Shown here piece after piece: positions 29,416 to 42,025 of a stretch of 64,000 bases of DNA; the stretch's first letter is position 1, and the number at the start of each line of letters is the position of its first letter. The stretch covers positions 41,350-105,349 of the forward strand of contig CAZACX010000001.1 in NCBI GenBank assembly GCA_964483685.1. Reading direction: 5' to 3'. The notes under the pieces are model-generated. The model searched no databases. It was not told where the DNA came from and saw only the letters and a program-made list of their open reading frames with translations. The DNA is from an uncultured Intrasporangiaceae bacterium (lineage in GTDB: Bacteria; Actinomycetota; Actinomycetes; Actinomycetales; Dermatophilaceae). Position numbers and translations under genes: made by a program.

Positions 29416-29515
29416 TGTCGGACGTGCGACTGCGCGGGGCGAACGCCCCCCTAGGATGGACTGGAATGACCGCGAGTGACCTGCACCACGCCGTCGAAAG
29501 GGAAGTTGGTCGGCC

Positions 29516-29878
29516 ATGACCCACGCCTACCTGCCGCTGCTCTTCTTCCTCGCGATCGGTGGGGGGTTCGCCGTCTTCTCGGTGGCCATCGCCGGGATCA
29601 CCGGGCCGAAGCGCTACAACCGCGCGAAACTCGACGCGTACGAGTGCGGCATTGAGCCGAGCCCGCAGGCGGAGGGTGGCGGCCGGGTGCCGATTAAGTA
29701 CTTCCTCACCGCGATGCTGTTCATCATCTTCGACGTCGAATCGGTGTTCCTTTACCCGTTCGCCGTCGCGTTCGACTCGCTGGGCCTGTTCGCCCTCATC
29801 GAAATGGTCCTCTTCATCCTCACCGTCTTCATCGCCTACGCCTACGTGTGGCGGCGTGGCGGCCTGGACTGGGACTGA
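29516..29878 (+). CDS. nuoA: NADH-quinone oxidoreductase subunit A
   Basis: 120 aa, three TM segments, with YECG..P and FDVE..FLYP motifs. Confidence 0.95.
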   Translation: MTHAYLPLLFFLAIGGGFAVFSVAIAGITGPKRYNRAKLDAYECGIEPSPQAEGGGRVPIKYFLTAMLFIIFDVESVFLYPFAVAFDSLGLFALIEMVLFILTVFIAYAYVWRRGGLDWD

Positions 29879-29892
29879 CAAGGAGCCACGAG

Positions 29893-30480
29893 ATGGGTAT
29901 TGAAGAGAAGCTTCCCGCGGGCATCCTGCTCACGACCGTCGAGCAGGTCGCCGGCTTCATGCGCAAAAGCTCGGTCTGGCCGGCGACCTTTGGTCTGGCC
30001 TGCTGCGCGATCGAAATGATGGCCGTCGGTACCCCCGACTACGACATCGCCCGCTTCGGGATGGAGCGGTTCTCCGCGACCCCCCGCCAGGCCGACCTGA
30101 TGATCGTCGCCGGACGCCTGAGCCAGAAAATGGCGCCGGTCGCCCGTCAGGTGTACGACCAGATGCCCGAACCCAAGTGGGTCATCGCCATGGGGGTCTG
30201 CGCGAGCAGTGGCGGCATGTTCAACAACTACGCCATCGTCCAGGGTGTCGACCACATCCTCCCGGTCGACGTGTATCTGCCTGGGTGTCCGCCGCGGCCG
30301 GAGATGCTGCTCAACGCGATCTTGACGCTTCACGATCAGATCCAGAACACGAAGATGGGCGTCAACCGGGTCGCCGCAGCCCGAGCGGCCGAACGGGCTG
30401 CCCTCGCGGCGGTCCCCACGCATCTGATGGCCCCCACCCACGACCACGGCGCGCTCGCCGGAAAGAGCCTGCTGGCATGA
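29893..30480 (+). CDS. nuoB: NADH-quinone oxidoreductase subunit B
   Basis: ATG 29893. It has the N2 cluster ligands [18 protein letters not shown] and LPGCPPRPE. Confidence 0.95.
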   Translation: MGIEEKLPAGILLTTVEQVAGFMRKSSVWPATFGLACCAIEMMAVGTPDYDIARFGMERFSATPRQADLMIVAGRLSQKMAPVARQVYDQMPEPKWVIAMGVCASSGGMFNNYAIVQGVDHILPVDVYLPGCPPRPEMLLNAILTLHDQIQNTKMGVNRVAAARAAERAALAAVPTHLMAPTHDHGALAGKSLLA

Positions 30481-31184
30481 GCGAACACACCACGCCTGCC
30501 CCCGACAACCTGCCCGCCGCCCCCGGGATTGGGCCCGACCCGATCCAAATCGGCGAACGCACCGGCATGTTCGGCGCGACGAGGGGCGCCGACACCTCCG
30601 GATACGGCGGCCTGCGATCCCCGATCCTCTTCCCAGGTGCGGCGGTCCGCCCATACGGCAGCTTCTTTGACGAGGTCGCAGACCTGCTCACGGAGCGAGT
30701 TGAGGCGGGCGCGATCGAGCGCGTCATCGTCGACCGTGGGGAGATCACGTTCCACGTGCGCCGCGAACACGTCGCCGCCGTCATGGCCGCGCTGCGAGAC
30801 ACCCCGGCGCTGCGTTTCGAGCTTTGCCTCAGCGTCTCCGGCGTCAACTACCCCGAGGACGCCGGCCGCGAACTCCACGTCGTTTACCACCTCATGTCGA
30901 TCACCCACGGGAGCCGACGGATCCGGGTGGAGACGACTGCCCCCGACACCGACCCGCACGTGCCGAGCGTCGTGGCGACCTACCCAGCCGCCGACTGGCA
31001 CGAGCGCGAGACGTGGGACATGTTCGGCGTCGTCTTTGACGGCCACCCGGCCCTGACCCGCATCCTGATGCCGGACGACTGGCCCGGCCACCCGCAGCGC
31101 AAGGACTATCCGCTCGGCGGGATCCCAGTGGAATACAAGGGCGGAACGGTCCCCCCGCCCGACCAGCGGAGGTCCTACACCTGA
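30477..31184 (+). CDS. nuoC: NADH-quinone oxidoreductase subunit C
   Basis: ATG 30477. It has [21 protein letters not shown]. Confidence 0.9.
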   Translation: MSEHTTPAPDNLPAAPGIGPDPIQIGERTGMFGATRGADTSGYGGLRSPILFPGAAVRPYGSFFDEVADLLTERVEAGAIERVIVDRGEITFHVRREHVAAVMAALRDTPALRFELCLSVSGVNYPEDAGRELHVVYHLMSITHGSRRIRVETTAPDTDPHVPSVVATYPAADWHERETWDMFGVVFDGHPALTRILMPDDWPGHPQRKDYPLGGIPVEYKGGTVPPPDQRRSYT

Positions 31185-32602
31185 TGAGCAACGACAGCAC
31201 CACATTCGAGTTCACGTCGGCCGAGACGCCGCAGCCCTCCCCGTCCCCGGCGGGCACGTTCCATGCCCCCCTGGCCGACGCGTATGCCGGCCCCGACGAC
31301 AGCGCTGCCGGCGCCCGCTCGTTTACCGCCAGCGGTGGCGACTGGGACGACATCGTCGGCGAGGTTGGTTCCCGTCCCGAGGAACGCATCGTTGTCAACA
31401 TGGGCCCCCAGCACCCCTCGACTCACGGGGTGTTGCGCCTGATCCTCGAACTTGAGGGTGAGACGGTCACCGAGGCCCGCGCCGGCATCGGCTATTTGCA
31501 CACGGGCATCGAAAAGACGATGGAGTACCGCACCTGGACTCAGGGCGTGACTTTCTGCACCCGTATGGACTACGTGATGCCGCTCTTCACGGAGACGGCC
31601 TACTGCCTCGCGGTGGAGAAACTGCTCGGGATCACCGACCAGGTGCCAGCGCGGGCCAGTGCGATCCGGGTCCTCATGATGGAACTCAACCGCATCACCA
31701 GCCACCTCGTCTGCTTGGGCACTGGCGGCATGGAGATGGGGGCGACCACCGTGATGACGATCGGCTTCCGGGAGCGGGAGCGGATCCTCGCGGTTTTCGA
31801 GGCGATCAGCGGGCTGCGGATGAACCATGCGTACATCCGTCCCGGCGGTGTCGCGCAGGACCTTCCCGCGGGCGCCATCCAGATGGTTCGGGACGCGCTG
31901 CCCAAGCTCCGTGCGGGATTCCATGAGCTCGAGCTGCTCATGAACGAGAACCCGATCCTCAAGGGCCGCATGGTCGGGGTGGGGTACCTCGACCTGACCG
32001 GCTGCATGGCGTTGGGCATCACCGGGCCGATGCTGCGCGCCGCGGGATTGCCCCACGACATGCGCAAGGTCGAGCCCTACTGCGGCTACGAGAACTACGA
32101 GTTCGACGTCATCGTGCGCGACGGCGCCGACGCCTACGACCGGTTGCGCAACCGCATCGACGAGATGTACCAGTCGGCGCGAATCGTCGAGCAGGTCCTC
32201 GATGTCCTCCAGAACAACCCCGGCCCGGTCATGGTCGAGGACAAGAAGGTCGCCTGGCCGGCTCAACTCGCCGTCGGCGAGGACGGCATCGGCAACAGCC
32301 TTGGCCACATCAAGGAGATCATGGGCACCTCGATGGAGTCCCTGATCCACCACTTCAAGTTGGTCACCGAGGGATTTAGGGTGCCGCCAGGTCAGGCGTA
32401 TGCCGCCGTCGAGTCGCCGAAGGGTGAACTCGGCTGCCATGCCGTCTCCGATGGCGGAACGCGACCCTTCCGGGCCCACTTCCGGGAACCCAGTTTCAAC
32501 AACCTGCAAGCTGTTGCGGCGTTGTGCGAAGGCGCTCAGCTCGCCGACGTCATCGTTGCCGTGGCCTCGATTGACCCGGTTATGGGAGGTGTCGACCGCT
32601 GA
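31184..32602 (+). CDS. nuoD: NADH-quinone oxidoreductase subunit D
   Basis: 472 aa. It has [14 protein letters not shown] and HTGIEK, and ends VMGGVDR. Confidence 0.95.
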   Translation: MSNDSTTFEFTSAETPQPSPSPAGTFHAPLADAYAGPDDSAAGARSFTASGGDWDDIVGEVGSRPEERIVVNMGPQHPSTHGVLRLILELEGETVTEARAGIGYLHTGIEKTMEYRTWTQGVTFCTRMDYVMPLFTETAYCLAVEKLLGITDQVPARASAIRVLMMELNRITSHLVCLGTGGMEMGATTVMTIGFRERERILAVFEAISGLRMNHAYIRPGGVAQDLPAGAIQMVRDALPKLRAGFHELELLMNENPILKGRMVGVGYLDLTGCMALGITGPMLRAAGLPHDMRKVEPYCGYENYEFDVIVRDGADAYDRLRNRIDEMYQSARIVEQVLDVLQNNPGPVMVEDKKVAWPAQLAVGEDGIGNSLGHIKEIMGTSMESLIHHFKLVTEGFRVPPGQAYAAVESPKGELGCHAVSDGGTRPFRAHFREPSFNNLQAVAALCEGAQLADVIVAVASIDPVMGGVDR

Positions 32603-33345
32603 TGGAGCACTACGGCGAACATACGGCGTCCGGCTTCCTGCACGTCAGTGCAGAAAGCAAGGAGCCGTATACCGCGGACGTCCTCGCGACGCTGCACGAG
32701 GACGCGGCCACGGTTATCGCGCGCTATCCGCAAAAGCGCTCAGCCCTGCTGCCGCTGCTGCACTTGGTCCAAAGTGTCGACGGCTACGTCACCGGGCGCG
32801 GCGTGACGTTCTGCGCCGAGGTGCTCGACCTCACCGAGGCGGAGGTGTCGGGGGTCGCGACCTTCTACACCCAGTACAAGCGCCATCCCAATGGTGAGTA
32901 CACCGTGGGCGTGTGTACCAACACGTTGTGCGCCATCATGGGCGGCGACCGCATCTGGGACGAGGTCAGTGACCACCTCGGCATCGGCCACGACGAGACC
33001 ACCCCTGACGGCAAAGTGACCCTCGAACGGGTCGAATGCAACGCGGCGTGCGACTACGCCCCGGTCGTCATGGTCAACTGGGAGTTCTTCGACAACCAGA
33101 CCCCGGACTCGACCCGAGCGCTCGTCGATGATCTCCAGGCCGGCACCCCCGTCACCCCGACCCGTGGGCCTAACAAGGTCTGCACGTTCAAGGAGGTCTC
33201 ACGGGTGTTGGCTGGGTTCCACGACGGCCTCGCGGACGAAGGTGTCGGCGCCGGCCACGCCTCCCTCGCGGGCCTGAAAGTCGCCAAGGAACACGGCTGG
33301 GTGGCACCCGGCGACTCCGGAACGACGACCGCGGCGGGAGTGTGA
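32602..33345 (+). CDS. nuoE: NADH-quinone oxidoreductase subunit E
   Basis: 247 aa, thioredoxin-like [2Fe-2S] fold with VGVCTNTLC and CNAAC. Confidence 0.9.
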   Translation: MEHYGEHTASGFLHVSAESKEPYTADVLATLHEDAATVIARYPQKRSALLPLLHLVQSVDGYVTGRGVTFCAEVLDLTEAEVSGVATFYTQYKRHPNGEYTVGVCTNTLCAIMGGDRIWDEVSDHLGIGHDETTPDGKVTLERVECNAACDYAPVVMVNWEFFDNQTPDSTRALVDDLQAGTPVTPTRGPNKVCTFKEVSRVLAGFHDGLADEGVGAGHASLAGLKVAKEHGWVAPGDSGTTTAAGV

Positions 33346-33349
33346 CCTG

Positions 33350-34660
33350 ATGACGACGCTGACCCCGATATTCACCCGGTTCTGGGACGACCCCCAATCC
33401 TGGACCTTGGCGACATACGTCAAGCACGAGGGCTACCAGGGCCTCAACAAGGCCCTGGCGAGCAAGCCCGAAGACGTCATCGCGATGGTCAAGAACTCCG
33501 GGCTGCGCGGCCGTGGCGGCGCCGGATTCGCGACCGGGATGAAGTGGGGCTTCCTGCCTCCACCCGACGGTGGGCCGCGCTACCTCGTCGTCAACGCCGA
33601 CGAGTCCGAGCCGGGCACCTGCAAAGACATCCCGCTGATGATGGCCACCCCACACTTCCTCATCGAGGGCGTCGCCATCACCTCCTACGCGATCGGCTGC
33701 AACCACGCCTTCATCTACCTGCGCGGTGAGGTCGTTCACGTGTACCGCAGGCTGCTGCGCGCCGTTGAAGAGGCGTATGCCGCGGGTCACCTCGGCAAGA
33801 ACATCCACGGCACCGGGTTCGACCTTGACGTGACGGTCCATGCCGGCGCCGGGGCCTACATTTGTGGCGAGGAAACCGCGCTCCTCGACAGCCTGGAAGG
33901 GCGCCGCGGCCAACCTCGCCTCCGCCCGCCGTTCCCTGCCGTCGCCGGCCTCTACGCCCGGCCGACCGTGGTCAACAACGTCGAGTCGATCTCGTCGGTG
34001 GCCCCGATCCTGCTCCACGGCGGCGACTGGTTCGCGAGCATGGGCACGGAACGGTCCAAGGGTTTCGGCTTCTTCTCCCTGTCCGGGCACGTGCGCAACC
34101 CCGGCCAATACGAGGCGCCCCTCGGCATCACGCTGCGTGAGCTGATCGACATGGCGGGCGGGATGCGCGACCCCAACCATCCGTTGAAGTTCTGGACCCC
34201 CGGCGGGTCCTCGACGCCACTGTTCACCGAAGAACACCTCGACATCCCGCTCGACTTCGACTCGGTCGCCGCGGCCGGATCGATGCTCGGCACCCGGGCC
34301 CTGCAGGTGTTCGACGACACGACCTGCGTCGTGCGGGCGGTCGACCGTTGGACGGACTTCTACAAGCACGAGTCCTGTGGCAAATGCACCCCCTGCCGTG
34401 AGGGCACGTGGTGGCTCAAACAGATCCTCGGACGCCTCGAGCATGGGCATGGCAGCGCCGAGGACCTGGAGAAGCTCCTCGACATCTGCGACAACATCCT
34501 CGGCCGCAGCTTCTGTGCCCTCGGTGACGGTGCCACCTCGCCGGTGACCAGCAGCATCCAGTACTTCCGCGACGAGTACCTCGCCCACCTGAGCCACGGT
34601 GGCTGCCCGTTCGACCGGGACGCCGCCGCGCTCTTCGTGAAGGAAACCGCATCCGTATGA
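33350..34660 (+). CDS. nuoF: NADH-quinone oxidoreductase subunit F
   Basis: 436 aa. It has [24 protein letters not shown] and [12 protein letters not shown]. Confidence 0.95.
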   Translation: MTTLTPIFTRFWDDPQSWTLATYVKHEGYQGLNKALASKPEDVIAMVKNSGLRGRGGAGFATGMKWGFLPPPDGGPRYLVVNADESEPGTCKDIPLMMATPHFLIEGVAITSYAIGCNHAFIYLRGEVVHVYRRLLRAVEEAYAAGHLGKNIHGTGFDLDVTVHAGAGAYICGEETALLDSLEGRRGQPRLRPPFPAVAGLYARPTVVNNVESISSVAPILLHGGDWFASMGTERSKGFGFFSLSGHVRNPGQYEAPLGITLRELIDMAGGMRDPNHPLKFWTPGGSSTPLFTEEHLDIPLDFDSVAAAGSMLGTRALQVFDDTTCVVRAVDRWTDFYKHESCGKCTPCREGTWWLKQILGRLEHGHGSAEDLEKLLDICDNILGRSFCALGDGATSPVTSSIQYFRDEYLAHLSHGGCPFDRDAAALFVKETASV

Positions 34661-37122
34661 CGGTCACGACCAACGCACCGGCCGGATCCCCGGCGGCCCC
34701 GCCGCCGCAGGACCTGGTCACCCTCACCATCGACGGCATCGAGGTGTCGGTTCCCAAGAACACCCTCATCATTCGGGCCGCCGAGCTGGCGGGCATCGAA
34801 ATCCCGCGCTTCTGCGATCACCCCGCGCTCGAGCCCGTCGGCGCCTGCCGCCAGTGCCTCGTCGAGGTGTGGATGCCGGGACGTCCCGGCCCCGACGGCA
34901 CCCCCGGCGACCCGATGCAGATGCAGGGCCCGCCCGGCCGGATGAAGCCGCAGGCATCTTGCACGATGACGGTCGCCCCCGGGATGCGCGTCAAGACCCA
35001 GGTCTCCTCGCCCGGTGCCGACAAGGCGCAACGCGGCGTCATGGAGTTGCTGCTCATCAACCACCCGCTCGACTGCCCGGTGTGCGACAAGGGCGGCGAA
35101 TGCCCCCTCCAGAACCAAGCAATGTCCGCCGGTCGTGCCGTCTCCCGGTTCGAGGACATCAAGCGCACCTATCCGAAGCCGATCAAGATCTCCAGCCAGG
35201 TCCTGCTCGACCGGGAACGCTGCGTGTTGTGCGCCCGCTGCACCCGCTTCTCCGACCAGATCGCCGGTGACCCGTTCATTGCCCTCGTCGAGCGTGGGGC
35301 CCTGCAGCAGGTCGGCATCTACGAGGAACAACCGTTTGAGTCCTACTTCAGCGGCAACACGGTCCAAATCTGCCCAGTCGGGGCCCTCACCGGCTCCGCC
35401 TACCGGTTCCGCAGCCGCCCCTTCGACCTCGTCTCGACCGCCGGGGTGTGCGAGCACTGCGCGTCCGGGTGCGCGATCCGCACCGACCACCGCCGCGGCA
35501 CCGTGTTGCGCCGGATGGCGATCAACGACCCGGCCGTCAATGAAGACTGGAACTGCGACAAGGGGCGGTGGGCGTTCACGGCGCCAAGTGTCGGTGACCG
35601 GATGACGTTGCCGCTGGTTCGTGACGCCCACGGTGAGCTCCAGGTCGCGTCCTGGCCGGAGGCGCTCGCCGCTGCCGCAGCCGGGCTGCGCGGGGCCAAG
35701 GCCGGCGTGCTCACCGGTGGCCGCGTCTCGGTCGAGGATGCGTACGCCTACGCGAAGTTTGCCCGCACCGTGTTGGGCACCAACGCCATCGACTTCCGGG
35801 CCCGGCCGCATTCGGCCGAGGAGGCCGACTTCCTGGCCGCGCACGTCGTTGCGACGACACCGGACGGTGGGGCGGCGGCATACGCCGATCTTGACCGGGC
35901 CGACGTGGTGTTGCTCGCCGGCTTCGAGCCGGAGGAGGAGTCGCCGATCGTCTTCCTGCGACTGCGCAAGGCGGTCCGCAGACACAAGACCCGCGTCCAC
36001 GCCCTCGCGCCGTTCGCGACCCGAGGGTTGACCAAGCTCGATGGCACCCTCATCCTCGCCGCACCCGGCACCGAAACGGAGGTCCTCGCGGCGCAGTCCA
36101 CCGCCGACGCGCTCGCCGGGACGTCCGCTGTGATCCTCGTCGGGGAACGACTGGCGGCAACGGCGGGCGCCCTCAGCGCCGCGATTGCCCTCGCCGAACG
36201 CACCGGCGCCAAGCTCGCCTGGATCCCGCGTCGTGCCGGTGAGCGTGGCGCCCTTGAGGCGGGTGCGCTCGGCACGTTGCTGCCCGGTGGTCGCCCGAGC
36301 GCCGAAGCGAGTGCGCGGGCCGACCTCGCGCAGCGCTGGGGCGTCCCCGACCTCCCCCAGGACCCGGCACTGGACACCGCGGCCATCCTCGCGGGTGCGG
36401 CCAAGGGCGACCTCGCGGCGCTCGTGATCGGTGGCGTCGACGTCGCTGACCTCGGCGTTCCCGATGCCCCTGGCGCCCTCGCGAAGGCATTCGTCGTCTC
36501 CCTCGACTACCGGCCGAGCACCGTGACGGCCCACGCCGACGTGGTCCTGCCGGTGGCCGCGCACGCCGAGAAGACGGGGACATTCGTCACCTGGGAGGGG
36601 CGCCCGCGGCCCTATCTGGCGGCGCTCAGCACCCAGGCCCTGAGCGACCACCGGGTACTCTCCCTCCTCGCGGGCGAGCTCGATGCCTTCCTCGGGACGG
36701 CGACCGTCGAGGAGATTCGCGCGGAAATGACCGGGCTCGGCGCCTGGTCTGGCCCACGTCTCGCCGCCCCGACCACGCGAGCACGTGCCGTCCCGGCACC
36801 CGCGAAGGGTGAGTTCGTGTTGGCCAGTTGGCACCACCTTCTCGACCAGGGCACCCTGCAAGACGGCGAGCCGTTCCTCGCGGGCACCGCCCCCGCGGCG
36901 GTGGCGCGACTGAGCGCAGCAAGCGCCCACCTCATCGGACTCAGCGACGGCGACATCGTCACCGTGACCGGACCGGGTGGGGCCGTGAGCGCACCCCTGG
37001 TCATTACACCGATGATTGATCGGGTCGTCTGGCTCCCCGCCAATTCGCGCGGTTCGCGGGTGACCGACCTCGGGGTCGGCGTCGGCGGCCTCGTGACCGT
37101 TACCGCTGGAGGTGCGCAGTGA
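34657..37122 (+). CDS. nuoG: NADH-quinone oxidoreductase subunit G
   Basis: 821 aa. It has [30 protein letters not shown] and a molybdopterin-like C-terminal domain. Confidence 0.95.
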   Translation: MTVTTNAPAGSPAAPPPQDLVTLTIDGIEVSVPKNTLIIRAAELAGIEIPRFCDHPALEPVGACRQCLVEVWMPGRPGPDGTPGDPMQMQGPPGRMKPQASCTMTVAPGMRVKTQVSSPGADKAQRGVMELLLINHPLDCPVCDKGGECPLQNQAMSAGRAVSRFEDIKRTYPKPIKISSQVLLDRERCVLCARCTRFSDQIAGDPFIALVERGALQQVGIYEEQPFESYFSGNTVQICPVGALTGSAYRFRSRPFDLVSTAGVCEHCASGCAIRTDHRRGTVLRRMAINDPAVNEDWNCDKGRWAFTAPSVGDRMTLPLVRDAHGELQVASWPEALAAAAAGLRGAKAGVLTGGRVSVEDAYAYAKFARTVLGTNAIDFRARPHSAEEADFLAAHVVATTPDGGAAAYADLDRADVVLLAGFEPEEESPIVFLRLRKAVRRHKTRVHALAPFATRGLTKLDGTLILAAPGTETEVLAAQSTADALAGTSAVILVGERLAATAGALSAAIALAERTGAKLAWIPRRAGERGALEAGALGTLLPGGRPSAEASARADLAQRWGVPDLPQDPALDTAAILAGAAKGDLAALVIGGVDVADLGVPDAPGALAKAFVVSLDYRPSTVTAHADVVLPVAAHAEKTGTFVTWEGRPRPYLAALSTQALSDHRVLSLLAGELDAFLGTATVEEIRAEMTGLGAWSGPRLAAPTTRARAVPAPAKGEFVLASWHHLLDQGTLQDGEPFLAGTAPAAVARLSAASAHLIGLSDGDIVTVTGPGGAVSAPLVITPMIDRVVWLPANSRGSRVTDLGVGVGGLVTVTAGGAQ

Positions 37123-38465
37123 CCACGCTCGTGACCCTCGCCAATTTGGTGGCCGCCGAGGGCGGCAACAAAGACAACCCGATCGCTGATTTCAGCGATA
37201 CCCCGCTGTGGCTGTCGGCTCTCAAGGCGCTCCTGCTCTTTGCCTTCCTCATGGTCAACACGCTCATCGTCATTTGGTTCGAGCGACGGGTCATCGGCCG
37301 GATGCAGCAGCGTCCCGGCCCCAACCGCACCGGGCCATTTGGTTTGCTCCAGACGTTGGCCGACGGTGTCAAGCTCGCGCTCAAGGAAGACTTGACCCCC
37401 AAGAATGCCGACAAGCTCATCTTCATTGCGGCGCCGGCCTTCTTCGGGGCGATGGCCTTCATTTCGTTTTCCATCATCCCGCTGGGTCCCGACGTGTGGA
37501 TGTTCGGTCACCGGACCCCCCTGCAGCTGACCGACCTCCCGATCGCCGTGTTGCTCGTTCTCGCCGTCGCCGGGGTGGGCGCCTACGGGGTCGTGCTGGC
37601 CGGTTGGGCGTCCGGGTCGACGTACCCGCTGCTCGGTGGTTTGCGCTCGACGGCGCAAATCATTTCGTATGAGATCGCCATGGGCCTGGCCCTCGTCGCC
37701 GTGTTCCTTTACGCCGGGTCGATGTCCACGTCGCAGATCGTGTACGCCCAAAAGGACATGTGGTTCATCCTCCCCGCGATCTTGTCTTTCGTCATCTATG
37801 TCGTGACGATGGTCGGCGAAACCAACCGACTGCCGGTCGACTTGGCTGAAGGCGAAGGCGAGCTCACCGGTGGCTTCCACACGGAATACAGCTCGTTGAA
37901 GTTTGCGATGTTCTTCCTTGGTGAGTACGTCAACATGTTCACCGTCTCGGGCCTTGCGACCACGGTCTTCCTCGGTGGCTGGCAGGCGCCCCCCGGTATC
38001 GCCGCCATTAACGACGGCATGTTCAACGAGGGTTGGTGGGGCCTGCTCTGGTTCATCCTCAAGGTGTGGGGCTTCATGTTCTTCTTCGTCTGGCTGCGTG
38101 GGTCGCTCCCGCGCACCCGCTACGACCAGTTCATGCACTTCGGCTGGAAGTTCCTCATCCCCGTGACCATCGGCTGGGTCGTCGCGGTTGCGTTCATCCG
38201 CGGCTCGGAGCTCGGCTACTTCGGCAACTCGACCGTCGCCGGGCGGCATACCTCGACGTACATCATCGTCGGCGTCCTCGCCCTGCTCGTGCTCGCCGCG
38301 ACCTGGGTCTGGGAAGGCCGGGCCGCGGCCAAGGCGGCAGCACGGGTCCCGCAGGTGCCCGACGTGCTTGATCCGTATGCCGGCGGGTACCCCGTTCCGC
38401 CGCTGCCCGGGCAACGCCTCAGCGATCAACCCGAGGCCCCGACGAAGGAGATCGTCCATGGCTGA
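37119..38465 (+). CDS. nuoH: NADH-quinone oxidoreductase subunit H
   Basis: 448 aa. It has [31 protein letters not shown] and [11 protein letters not shown]. Confidence 0.95.
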   Translation: MTTLVTLANLVAAEGGNKDNPIADFSDTPLWLSALKALLLFAFLMVNTLIVIWFERRVIGRMQQRPGPNRTGPFGLLQTLADGVKLALKEDLTPKNADKLIFIAAPAFFGAMAFISFSIIPLGPDVWMFGHRTPLQLTDLPIAVLLVLAVAGVGAYGVVLAGWASGSTYPLLGGLRSTAQIISYEIAMGLALVAVFLYAGSMSTSQIVYAQKDMWFILPAILSFVIYVVTMVGETNRLPVDLAEGEGELTGGFHTEYSSLKFAMFFLGEYVNMFTVSGLATTVFLGGWQAPPGIAAINDGMFNEGWWGLLWFILKVWGFMFFFVWLRGSLPRTRYDQFMHFGWKFLIPVTIGWVVAVAFIRGSELGYFGNSTVAGRHTSTYIIVGVLALLVLAATWVWEGRAAAKAAARVPQVPDVLDPYAGGYPVPPLPGQRLSDQPEAPTKEIVHG

Positions 38466-39012
38466 GCAGGACAAGGGCGGATTCTTCGCCGAGCTCTTCG
38501 CTCCAGTCGGGGGCTTCGGGGTGACCTTTGCGACGATGTTCCGCAAGGTTTACACCGAGGAGTACCCCGAGGTGAAGCGACCGACACAGCCGCGTTTCCA
38601 CGGCCGCCACCAGCTCAACCGATACCCCGACGGCCTGGAGAAGTGCATCGGCTGCGAACTGTGCGCGTGGGCGTGTCCGGCGGACGCGATCCTCGTCGAG
38701 GGCGCAAGCAACGACGACACTCCCGGCGGCAACGGACGCTTCTCCCCGGGGGAGCGTTACGGCCGCGTGTACCAAATCAACTACCTGCGGTGCATTTTCT
38801 GCGGGCTGTGCATCGAGGCCTGCCCGACCCGGGCACTGACGATGACCAACTTCTATGAGTTGGCGGACGATAACCGGGCCGACCTCATCTTCACCAAGGA
38901 ACAGTTGCTCGCTCCGCTGCGCACCGGGATGAAGGCACCCCCGCACGCGATGGCGCCAGGCATGGATGAGCGGGACTACTACCAGGGCCACGTCGAAGGG
39001 GCCACACGATGA
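38458..39012 (+). CDS. nuoI: NADH-quinone oxidoreductase subunit I
   Basis: ATG 38458. It has two 4Fe-4S motifs, [12 protein letters not shown] and [12 protein letters not shown]. Confidence 0.95.
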   Translation: MAEQDKGGFFAELFAPVGGFGVTFATMFRKVYTEEYPEVKRPTQPRFHGRHQLNRYPDGLEKCIGCELCAWACPADAILVEGASNDDTPGGNGRFSPGERYGRVYQINYLRCIFCGLCIEACPTRALTMTNFYELADDNRADLIFTKEQLLAPLRTGMKAPPHAMAPGMDERDYYQGHVEGATR

Positions 39013-39779
39013 CCGGCACCGGCGAAGCCGTCGCCTTCTGGATTCTGGCCACGATCGCGGTGCTCGCCGCACTCGGGCTGCTCTTTGCCCGCAAGGCGGT
39101 GCATGCGGCGCTCTCGATGGCCACGACGATGGTGATCCTTGGCATCTTCTATATCGGTCAGGGGGCCCCGTTCCTGGGGATCGTCCAGATCTTCGTCTAT
39201 GCGGGCGCCGTGATGATGCTCTTCCTCTTTGTGCTCATGCTCGTCGGGGTCGACTCCTCCGACTCGATGGTGGAGACACTCAAGGGGCAAAGGTGGATCG
39301 GGTTGCTCCTGTCCGCCGCGCTCGCCGGCCTGCTCCTGGGGACCATCGGCCGGATCACCATCGCCGGGGAACCCTCGGTGGCGGCGATCAACGCGGAGCA
39401 GGGCAACATCTCGGTGATGGCCGAGCTCATCTTCAGCAAGTACGTCTGGGTCTTTGAGATCACCAGCGCCCTGCTGATCACCGCCGCCTTGGGGGCCATG
39501 GTGTTGGCGCACCGCGAACGCCTGGGCGAGAAGGCCGACCAGCGTGAATGGGCTCGGCGTCGCTTCCAGCGCAACGAGCACGTCGCCGGCCTGCCCGCAC
39601 CCGGGGTTTACGCGCGGCATAACGCCGTCGACACCCCCGCCCTGCTGCCCGATGGCAGCCCGAGCCTGCTGTCGGTCTCGCGAACGTTGGCGGCTCGCGA
39701 CCAGGTCGCGCTGCCGGGCCGACTCACTGATGCCCACCAGGTCATTGAGGCCGAAGCACCGGAGGGAGAGTCGCGATGA
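39009..39779 (+). CDS. nuoJ: NADH-quinone oxidoreductase subunit J
   Basis: 256 aa, hydrophobic, in operon position, with an ATGA overlap. Confidence 0.9.
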   Translation: MTGTGEAVAFWILATIAVLAALGLLFARKAVHAALSMATTMVILGIFYIGQGAPFLGIVQIFVYAGAVMMLFLFVLMLVGVDSSDSMVETLKGQRWIGLLLSAALAGLLLGTIGRITIAGEPSVAAINAEQGNISVMAELIFSKYVWVFEITSALLITAALGAMVLAHRERLGEKADQREWARRRFQRNEHVAGLPAPGVYARHNAVDTPALLPDGSPSLLSVSRTLAARDQVALPGRLTDAHQVIEAEAPEGESR

Positions 39780-40075
39780 GCCTGATGAACTACATCTACC
39801 TTGCCGTGATCCTGTTTGCGATCGGCGGAGCGACGGTGCTCTTGCGCCGCAACGCCATCGTTGTCTTCATGGGGGTCGAGTTGATGCTCAACGCAGCCAA
39901 CCTGGCCTTCGTCACCTTCGCCCGGATCCACGAGAGTGTCGACGGGCAAGCGATCGCCCTGTTCGTCATGGTCGTGGCCGCCGCCGAAGTGGTCGTCGGT
40001 CTCGCCATCATCATGACGATCTTCCGTGCCCGCCGGTCGGCTTCGGTCGACGACGCCAACCTGCTGAAGCTGTAG
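39776..40075 (+). CDS. nuoK: NADH-quinone oxidoreductase subunit K
   Basis: 99 aa, three TM segments, with [11 protein letters not shown]. Confidence 0.95.
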   Translation: MSLMNYIYLAVILFAIGGATVLLRRNAIVVFMGVELMLNAANLAFVTFARIHESVDGQAIALFVMVVAAAEVVVGLAIIMTIFRARRSASVDDANLLKL

Positions 40076-40090
40076 AAGGAGATCGACGTC

Positions 40091-42025
40091 GTGTCCTCCC
40101 TCGTCCAACAGATTGCGCAGGCCAGTTCGGCTGACGCCGGGCCGGTGACCTTGGCGGCCTGGCTGCTCATTGCGTTGCCGCTTGCCGGAGCCGCCGTGCT
40201 GCTCCTTGGCGGCCGCCGCACCGACAGCTTCGGCCCGGGCCTCGCAACGGGCCTGTCCTGGGGCAGCTTCGGTCTCGGTGTCGTCGCGCTCGTCCAAACG
40301 ATCGGCGCCGACCCGGAAGGCCGGGCGACCCATCAGACCTTGTTCACCTGGGTTCCAGCCGGGACGTTCAACCTCGACGCGGGGCTCCTCGTTGACCCGC
40401 TGTCGCTGAGTTTCGTCCTCCTCATCACCTTCGTCGGGTCCCTGATCCACGTCTATTCGCTCGGCTACATGAGCCATGACCCGGACAAGCGCCGATTCTT
40501 CGGCTACCTCAACCTGTTCGTCGCGGCGATGCTCCTGCTCGTGCTCGCCGATTCCTACCTGCTGATCTTCGTCGGGTGGGAAGGCGTCGGTCTGGCCTCC
40601 TACCTGCTGATCGGGTTCTGGAACCACAACCCGGCCTACGCCTCGGCCGCCAACAAGGCCTTCATCGTCAACCGGGTCGGCGACCTCGGCCTGTCCCTCG
40701 CCATCGCGATGATGTTCGTGACCTTCGGGCGCGTCGACTTTGCCGGTGTCAACGCCGGGGTCGAGCAGGCGAGCAGCGGAACGATGACCGCGATCGGACT
40801 GCTCCTCCTCCTCGCCGCCTGTGGCAAGTCGGCCCAGTTCCCGCTGCAAAGCTGGCTCGGTGACGCGATGGCGGGCCCGACGCCCGTGTCGGCGCTCATC
40901 CACGCCGCGACAATGGTCACCGCCGGTGTCTATCTCGTCGTGCGCAGCCACGCGATCTTCGAGGCTGCCCCCAACGCCCAACTCGCTGTCGCCATCGTCG
41001 GGGCCATCACGTTGACCTATGGGGCGATCGTCGGTTGCGTCAAGGACGACATGAAGAAGGCCTTGGCCGCCTCGACGATGTCCCAGATCGGCTACATGAT
41101 GCTCGCGGCCGGGCTTGGACCGGTCGGCTACGCCTTCGCGATCTTCCACCTCATCACCCACGGCTTCTTCAAGGCCGGGATGTTCCTTGGCGCCGGATCG
41201 GTCATGCACGGGATGAGCGATCAGGTCGACATGCGCCGCTTCGGCAACCTCAGCAAGTACATGAAGGTCACCTGGATCACCTTTGGTTTGGGGTGGCTCG
41301 CCATCCTCGGCATCTTCCCGTTCTCGGGGTTCTGGTCCAAGGACCGGATCATCGAGGCCGCCTTCATTGGCGAAGGCTGGCGGCCCTGGGCCTTTGGGCT
41401 CACCGCGCTCATCGGGGCCGGGGTCACCGCGTTCTACATGTCGCGACTCTTCTTCATGACCTTCCACGGTAAGCAGCGCTGGACCGACGATCAGCACCCG
41501 CACGAGTCGCCACTGACGATGACGGTGCCGATGATGGTCCTCGCGGTCGGGTCCGCCTTTCTCGGTCTCGGCCTTGGCATGACCAACACCTTCGCTACCT
41601 GGCTTGAGCCGGTTGTCGGCGGGCATGAGGGTGCGGAGCACCCGGTCATCGCGCCGATCGTGCTCATCGTGCTCTCCCACGTCCTGGTCTTCGCTGGCGC
41701 CGGCCTCGCGTGGCTTCGGTACGGCCGCGGGGACGTGCCGCAGACCGCCCCGGCTGGCAACCTGTTGACGGAGGCCGCACGCAAGGACCTCTACCAGGAC
41801 GACATCAACGAGGCCGTGCTCATGTGGCCGGGCATTAAACTTGTGCGCTCGGTGGTGTGGTCCGATAACTATGGAGTCGACGGCGCCTTCGCCGGCCTCG
41901 CCACCTTGACCCGGGCCTCCTCGGAGAGTTTGCGCCGGGTCCAGAACGGTTTCGCCCGTTCCTACGCCTTGACGATGCTCGCCGGTGTCGTCGCCGTTCT
42001 CGGAACCCTGTGGGTGATGAACTGA
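40091..42025 (+). CDS. nuoL: NADH-quinone oxidoreductase subunit L
   Basis: 644 aa, antiporter-like, with [15 protein letters not shown] and [11 protein letters not shown]. Confidence 0.95.
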   Translation: MSSLVQQIAQASSADAGPVTLAAWLLIALPLAGAAVLLLGGRRTDSFGPGLATGLSWGSFGLGVVALVQTIGADPEGRATHQTLFTWVPAGTFNLDAGLLVDPLSLSFVLLITFVGSLIHVYSLGYMSHDPDKRRFFGYLNLFVAAMLLLVLADSYLLIFVGWEGVGLASYLLIGFWNHNPAYASAANKAFIVNRVGDLGLSLAIAMMFVTFGRVDFAGVNAGVEQASSGTMTAIGLLLLLAACGKSAQFPLQSWLGDAMAGPTPVSALIHAATMVTAGVYLVVRSHAIFEAAPNAQLAVAIVGAITLTYGAIVGCVKDDMKKALAASTMSQIGYMMLAAGLGPVGYAFAIFHLITHGFFKAGMFLGAGSVMHGMSDQVDMRRFGNLSKYMKVTWITFGLGWLAILGIFPFSGFWSKDRIIEAAFIGEGWRPWAFGLTALIGAGVTAFYMSRLFFMTFHGKQRWTDDQHPHESPLTMTVPMMVLAVGSAFLGLGLGMTNTFATWLEPVVGGHEGAEHPVIAPIVLIVLSHVLVFAGAGLAWLRYGRGDVPQTAPAGNLLTEAARKDLYQDDINEAVLMWPGIKLVRSVVWSDNYGVDGAFAGLATLTRASSESLRRVQNGFARSYALTMLAGVVAVLGTLWVMN